Source: an uncultured cyanobacterium
Lineage (GTDB): Bacteria > Cyanobacteriota > Cyanobacteriia > PCC-9006 > JAAUQQ01
Direction: 5' to 3'
Assembly (NCBI GenBank): GCA_963718615.1
Contig: OY970368.1
Coordinates: 5,984,001-6,048,000, forward strand
DNA: 64,000 nt
The number at the start of each line of letters is the position of its first letter. Position 1 is the first letter of the stretch. A program made the translations under genes and the position numbers. Below the pieces are notes generated by a model. The model ran no database searches. It had not been told where the DNA came from and was given only the letters and a program-made list of their open reading frames with translations. This document shows, piece after piece, positions 59,856-64,000 of the stretch.

Positions 59856-60617
59856 TTAGTTAGAGCCTTGATTAGGGCGATCGCCTTCTTGCCAAGTCAA
59901 GCAAAAAACATATCGCTCGGTGGCAATTTCGGGAAAGGCCTCCTCGGCAATTCTTTCGATCTTAAAGGTGTCTGGAATCTGGTCTAACAACTTCATGTCC
60001 CCCAAGGTGGAATAGGCTAAATAGGCTTCTCCATGGGTAGGCAAAAACCGAGATAAGTCTTGGATAAATCGCTGGAAAAGTTGCCCCCCTGGATCATTGG
60101 TTGTCTGCTCAACCCGATCGCCAATGGGTTGTTGCAAAAGGGGGATATTAAATGTGATTAAGTCAAACTGCTGCTGAGGCACATGTTCAAACAAATCCGA
60201 TTGAAAACAGTTTGGAAAAAAGCCATTGAGTAAAGCATTCACTCGGGCACACCAGACCGCTCCTCCATCAATATCGGAAAGCAACAGCCGTTTTGCATAA
60301 CGGCCTAGCCCAATGCCAACAACGCCTGAGCCACAGCCAAGATCCAAAATGACCGGCTTGGTCGAGCCATTGGATAAGGGATTGAGTAACCGACTGTGCT
60401 TGAGCACAGCATCGAGCAAGAATAAACTGCTTGACCCTGGATCCGGGTGAAAAACCCCCGGCAACGCCAGCAAATTAAGGCCATGGGTTCGATAAAACGC
60501 AAAGGTTTTTTGCTTAGCCAGAAAGGCTTCGTGCATCTGCGCAAAATTCCCTGGCACCTGAGCAGGGGGCGTAGAGAGGTCTGCGGAGGAGGTCTCCTGG
60601 GGTTGAGAGCTATGCAC
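59856..60617 (-). CDS. HemK/MTS-like SAM-dependent methyltransferase
   Basis: PGVFHP, LDLGCGSG, SDLF, FDLITFNIP. Confidence 0.8.
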   Translation of the reverse strand: MHSSQPQETSSADLSTPPAQVPGNFAQMHEAFLAKQKTFAFYRTHGLNLLALPGVFHPDPGSSSLFLLDAVLKHSRLLNPLSNGSTKPVILDLGCGSGVVGIGLGRYAKRLLLSDIDGGAVWCARVNALLNGFFPNCFQSDLFEHVPQQQFDLITFNIPLLQQPIGDRVEQTTNDPGGQLFQRFIQDLSRFLPTHGEAYLAYSTLGDMKLLDQIPDTFKIERIAEEAFPEIATERYVFCLTWQEGDRPNQGSN

Positions 60618-61007
60618 CTGAGTAAGGCCCTAAAACGGTCGCTCCCTACGATACCACGCGATCGCCCCCTGATTCTAGTTGTACTTAGGGCTGCACGGAT
60701 AGTACTGCCCAAAGACTCAATCAAGAGGCTTGAAGTTTCTGTTGAAATTCCTGTTGAATTTAATCGAAGTTTAAATAGGTATTGCGGGACTAATGATTCT
60801 GAACTTGTTCTGAACTTGCTTCTAGGTTGTTTTAATTTCGAAACATATAGTCTCAGAATTATTTGAAATTTGCAAGGAGTCCATCAAATTTAATTTTTCC
60901 TTTGTCTGTAAACCATTACTTAAGGCATAAAAAGTAAGCTATGAACAGTTTCCTCAGGCTTGGCTCAACATCATATCTAATAGGTTAGAAACGCTATTAA
61001 GGTGTGA

Positions 61008-62561
61008 GTGAGTACTGTGAATTATCTGAGATGGAAATTGCTGAGCGCACTTCCCTCGCTGCTTGGCCTGCTTGTTTTTCCTGTGGTGACCCAGGCCCAG
61101 GAACTAGATTCTTTGTCCCAAATCAACCGCTATGCCCAAGAGGGGGCGGTTCAGGGACAGGTGACCTCGGTGTCTCAGCTTCGGGATGTTCAGCCAACTG
61201 ATTGGGCCTTTCAGGCACTCCAGTCTTTGGTGGAGCGCTATGGCTGTATTGCGGGATATCCCGATGGTACCTATCGGGGCAACCGGGCCATGACTCGCTA
61301 CGAGTTTGCAGCGGGGCTGAATGCCTGTCTCGATCGGGTCAATGAACTGATCGCCTCTGCAACTGCCGATTTGGTCACAGCGGAAGACTTAGCCGTCCTA
61401 CAACGCTTACAAGAGGAGTTTCAAGCAGAACTGGCAACCTTGCGGGGGCGTGTGGATGCCCTGGAAGCCCGCACCGCTGAATTAGAAGCCAACCAGTTTT
61501 CAACGACAACAAAACTAAGAGGAACGGTATTCTTTGATCTGGGTTCGGTCTTTGATGGCAAAGTTAATGGCGTTGATTCAGACGATGAAGTGACTCTGGG
61601 TGGGCGGGTCAATCTTGACCTTAATACCAGCTTTACGGGTGAAGACCTGTTGACCATGCGACTCAAAGCTGCCAATATTCAGGGCTATAACAGTCGGTTT
61701 GGTGGCGTAGATGTTCCGGAAGCCGCCGTCGATTATCAAGCGGATACATCTAATACGTTTGTCTTGGATAACCTCTACTACAAGTTTCCCTTGGGCAAGG
61801 CTCAGATCTATGTTGGAGTCATTGACTTAGAAGCGGATGAGATCGCCCCCACGACGGGCAATTTGATGGGGGATGCAATTGGGGACTATTTCGGGACAAG
61901 CAATCCCATGTCCTATAACTTGGTAGCAGGCGCTGGAGCCGGGTTTAACTATCAGTTAACCGACGCGTTTAATGTGGCAGCCGCTTACTTGGCGAGCGAG
62001 GCCAATACGGCGGGTAAGGATGCCGGTTTGACCAGTGGCGACAATACGGTTTTTGGTCAGTTGACCTTTACCCCAGGCGATAAGCTGATTGTTGCTGCAA
62101 CCTATAACCACGCTTACTACTCTGATACGGTCTCATTCGCCGCCACAAGTATCACGGGTGGCGAAGCTGGGGTGATTGATGTAGTGGGTCTGAATGCGGC
62201 CTATGCCCTCAGCTCCAAGCTGACGCTTTCGGGCTGGGTGAGCTGGGGTTGGGCGGAATCCAAAAACAGCGACGCCGACGGCGAATTATTTAACTGGGCA
62301 GTCCTAGCAGGTTTCCCAGACCTATTTCGCCAGGGCAACTATGGCGGTTTATCGGTTGGCAGCTATAGCCATGTTTCCGACGGGACTGGCATTTTTGTCG
62401 AGGCGGACGATGCCCCGCTGTTGGCCCAAGCTTTCTATCGCTTCAAAATGAGCGATAACATTTCCGTCCAGCCGGGTCTATTTTATATCGCTAACCCTTT
62501 GGGGTCTGACCAAAACGACAACATCTGGATTGGTTCTTTACGGGGCCAATTCAGCTTCTAG
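61008..62561 (+). CDS. Cyanobacterial SLH-domain outer-membrane porin (iron-uptake/OprB-like)
   Basis: QVTSVSQLRDVQPTDWAFQALQSLVERYGC, FSTTTKL, terminal F. Confidence 0.93.
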   Translation: MSTVNYLRWKLLSALPSLLGLLVFPVVTQAQELDSLSQINRYAQEGAVQGQVTSVSQLRDVQPTDWAFQALQSLVERYGCIAGYPDGTYRGNRAMTRYEFAAGLNACLDRVNELIASATADLVTAEDLAVLQRLQEEFQAELATLRGRVDALEARTAELEANQFSTTTKLRGTVFFDLGSVFDGKVNGVDSDDEVTLGGRVNLDLNTSFTGEDLLTMRLKAANIQGYNSRFGGVDVPEAAVDYQADTSNTFVLDNLYYKFPLGKAQIYVGVIDLEADEIAPTTGNLMGDAIGDYFGTSNPMSYNLVAGAGAGFNYQLTDAFNVAAAYLASEANTAGKDAGLTSGDNTVFGQLTFTPGDKLIVAATYNHAYYSDTVSFAATSITGGEAGVIDVVGLNAAYALSSKLTLSGWVSWGWAESKNSDADGELFNWAVLAGFPDLFRQGNYGGLSVGSYSHVSDGTGIFVEADDAPLLAQAFYRFKMSDNISVQPGLFYIANPLGSDQNDNIWIGSLRGQFSF

Positions 62562-62606
62562 GCGATCGCTTTCCAAAACACCTTGAAAAAGGAACACACA
62601 CCTCTA

Positions 62607-62634
62607 GGGAGCATCTCAATGCTCCCATTTTTTA
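62607..62634 (+). terminator. Probable intrinsic terminator after the porin gene
   Basis: GGGAGCAT-ctca-ATGCTCCC followed by ATTTTT. Confidence 0.7.
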
Positions 62635-62888
62635 TGAAAAACTTTATGAAAAACACTTTATGAAAAACTGAGCTGCATCCAAAAACTCAGGTCTACGGGC
62701 GCTGGGACCATGGGTCCCCGAGAATCGAGAAATTGGACTAAAAGGAGATAGGCGATCGCCAACCCCAGGGAAATCGCACCGGTCACAATCGCGACAATTT
62801 TAGATCGATCCACTGATTTTCTTCCCGTCCTGCTAAAGTGCCTATCGTGATCTAAATCTATCGTTCTTACTTTAGTGGTTTTCGGCGA

Positions 62889-63875
62889 ATGGACGTGACC
62901 CCATCAGCTCCATCTCCCATCCCTCAGCCCGCGTCTGATTCCCCGATCGTGGTCCAGGTGAATGGGCTAGGTAAAGTCTACCGCACCGGTTTTTGGATGA
63001 ACCGCCGGATCGAATCGCTCAAGGGGGTGAACCTGACGATCCACCAAGGCGAAACCTTCGGGCTCTTGGGACCCAATGGGGCGGGCAAGACGACGTTGCT
63101 CAAGCTGCTGCTGGGGATCTTGCGGCCCACCGCCGGTCAAGGACAGCTGCTAGGGGCTCGGCTGGGCGATCGCGCCACCCGAGAGCGCATCGGCTATCTG
63201 CCGGAAAATGCCTATTTCTACGATTACCTGACGGGCTGGGAGTTTTTGCAATTCACGGCGGGGCTCTTCCGGATTCCAGCCAAGGTTCAACGCCAGCGGA
63301 TTGTTCAGCTCTTAGACTTGGTAGGACTGGCCCAGTCTGCCGCCCGCAAAAAGCAAATGCGCCAGTATTCCAAGGGCATGCTCCAGCGGGTGGGGATGGC
63401 CCAGGCGTTGATTAATGATCCGGACTTGGTCTTCCTGGATGAACCGATGTCTGGCTTGGATCCCTTGGGTCGAGTGCAGATTCGCGAAATCATTCAGGCA
63501 CTCAAGGCCCAGGGGAAAACGATTTTTTTCAATAGCCATGTGTTGGCGGATGTGGAGCAGATTTGCGATCGCGTCGCCATCCTCGCCCAGGGCGAACTGC
63601 TCTGCTTGGGCTCCCTCGACAGCCTACTAGGAACAACCAACACCTACCAGGTGCGCGGACGCGGCGGCAATCTAGAGCTCCTAAGCCAATGGGTCGTCAA
63701 CCTGGAAGTCGAAGAAGACTACTGGCAAGGCCATCTGGAGAAAAAGCCCCAGGATTTTCTGGCTAGTCTGCAACTCATGGGCGGACAGTTGATTGCCATG
63801 CAGTTAGCTCGTCCCTCCCTCGAAGAATTTTTTGTCGAGCAGCTGCGTCAGCGCAATATTCATCACAGTACCTAG
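62889..63875 (+). CDS. ABC transporter ATP-binding protein
   Basis: GPNGAGKTT, YSKGMLQR, FLDEP, NSH. Confidence 0.92.
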   Translation: MDVTPSAPSPIPQPASDSPIVVQVNGLGKVYRTGFWMNRRIESLKGVNLTIHQGETFGLLGPNGAGKTTLLKLLLGILRPTAGQGQLLGARLGDRATRERIGYLPENAYFYDYLTGWEFLQFTAGLFRIPAKVQRQRIVQLLDLVGLAQSAARKKQMRQYSKGMLQRVGMAQALINDPDLVFLDEPMSGLDPLGRVQIREIIQALKAQGKTIFFNSHVLADVEQICDRVAILAQGELLCLGSLDSLLGTTNTYQVRGRGGNLELLSQWVVNLEVEEDYWQGHLEKKPQDFLASLQLMGGQLIAMQLARPSLEEFFVEQLRQRNIHHST

Positions 63876-64000
63876 GGTGCCCAGGGCTAATTCCCTACCG
63901 TGTCAAGGCTCCCCTATGATTGCCATAGACAAACACCAAGGTTTAGCATTACATTTTACTGTGTCAGCCTATAGGTTTAGCCGATCCCCCTGCGCCCATT

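Noticed and set aside
60900-60940. NtcA or Pho box upstream of the porin
   Set aside because: GTA-N6-TAC has the wrong spacing for NtcA (GTA-N8-TAC) and the TTAA-like repeats are too degenerate to call.

Overview
A 64-kb chromosomal segment from a cyanobacterium: the HIP1 octamer GCGATCGC is abundant, and hetR, Uma2, XisI and an SLH-porin are present. The patX-hetR arrangement suggests a filamentous, probably non-heterocystous strain. Housekeeping genes (valS, transketolase-like, photolyase, ruvC, RluA, gamma-tocopherol methyltransferase, carotenoid oxygenase) alternate with accessory blocks. The most striking region is ~43.4-53.0 kb, an iSTAND-like / MoxR AAA+ / vWA / FGE-sulfatase (CLec-fold) conflict operon. 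Its two FGE genes end in paired DGR-type variable regions with an identical 70-nt 3' tract and a GNA-loop hairpin, yet no reverse transcriptase or template repeat is visible in the window. The operon is interleaved with a RAYT transposase and four GTAG-type REP doublets, three of which carry different internal tandem arrays (12, 26 and 48 bp). Two predicted cell-wall hydrolases lie divergent to it. Other highlights: an unannotated 46-aa PatX-like RGSGR peptide upstream of hetR, a C5-MTase paired with a BsuBI/PstI-family endonuclease, an ATPase plus 120-bp-repeat TPR pair, a NACHT-pentapeptide protein, a DUF4347-LRR-cadherin-FG-GAP protein and a cluster of gene fragments at 6.4-7.9 kb. No rRNA, tRNA or CRISPR array was recognised. 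All family calls come from motifs read by eye, not database searches.
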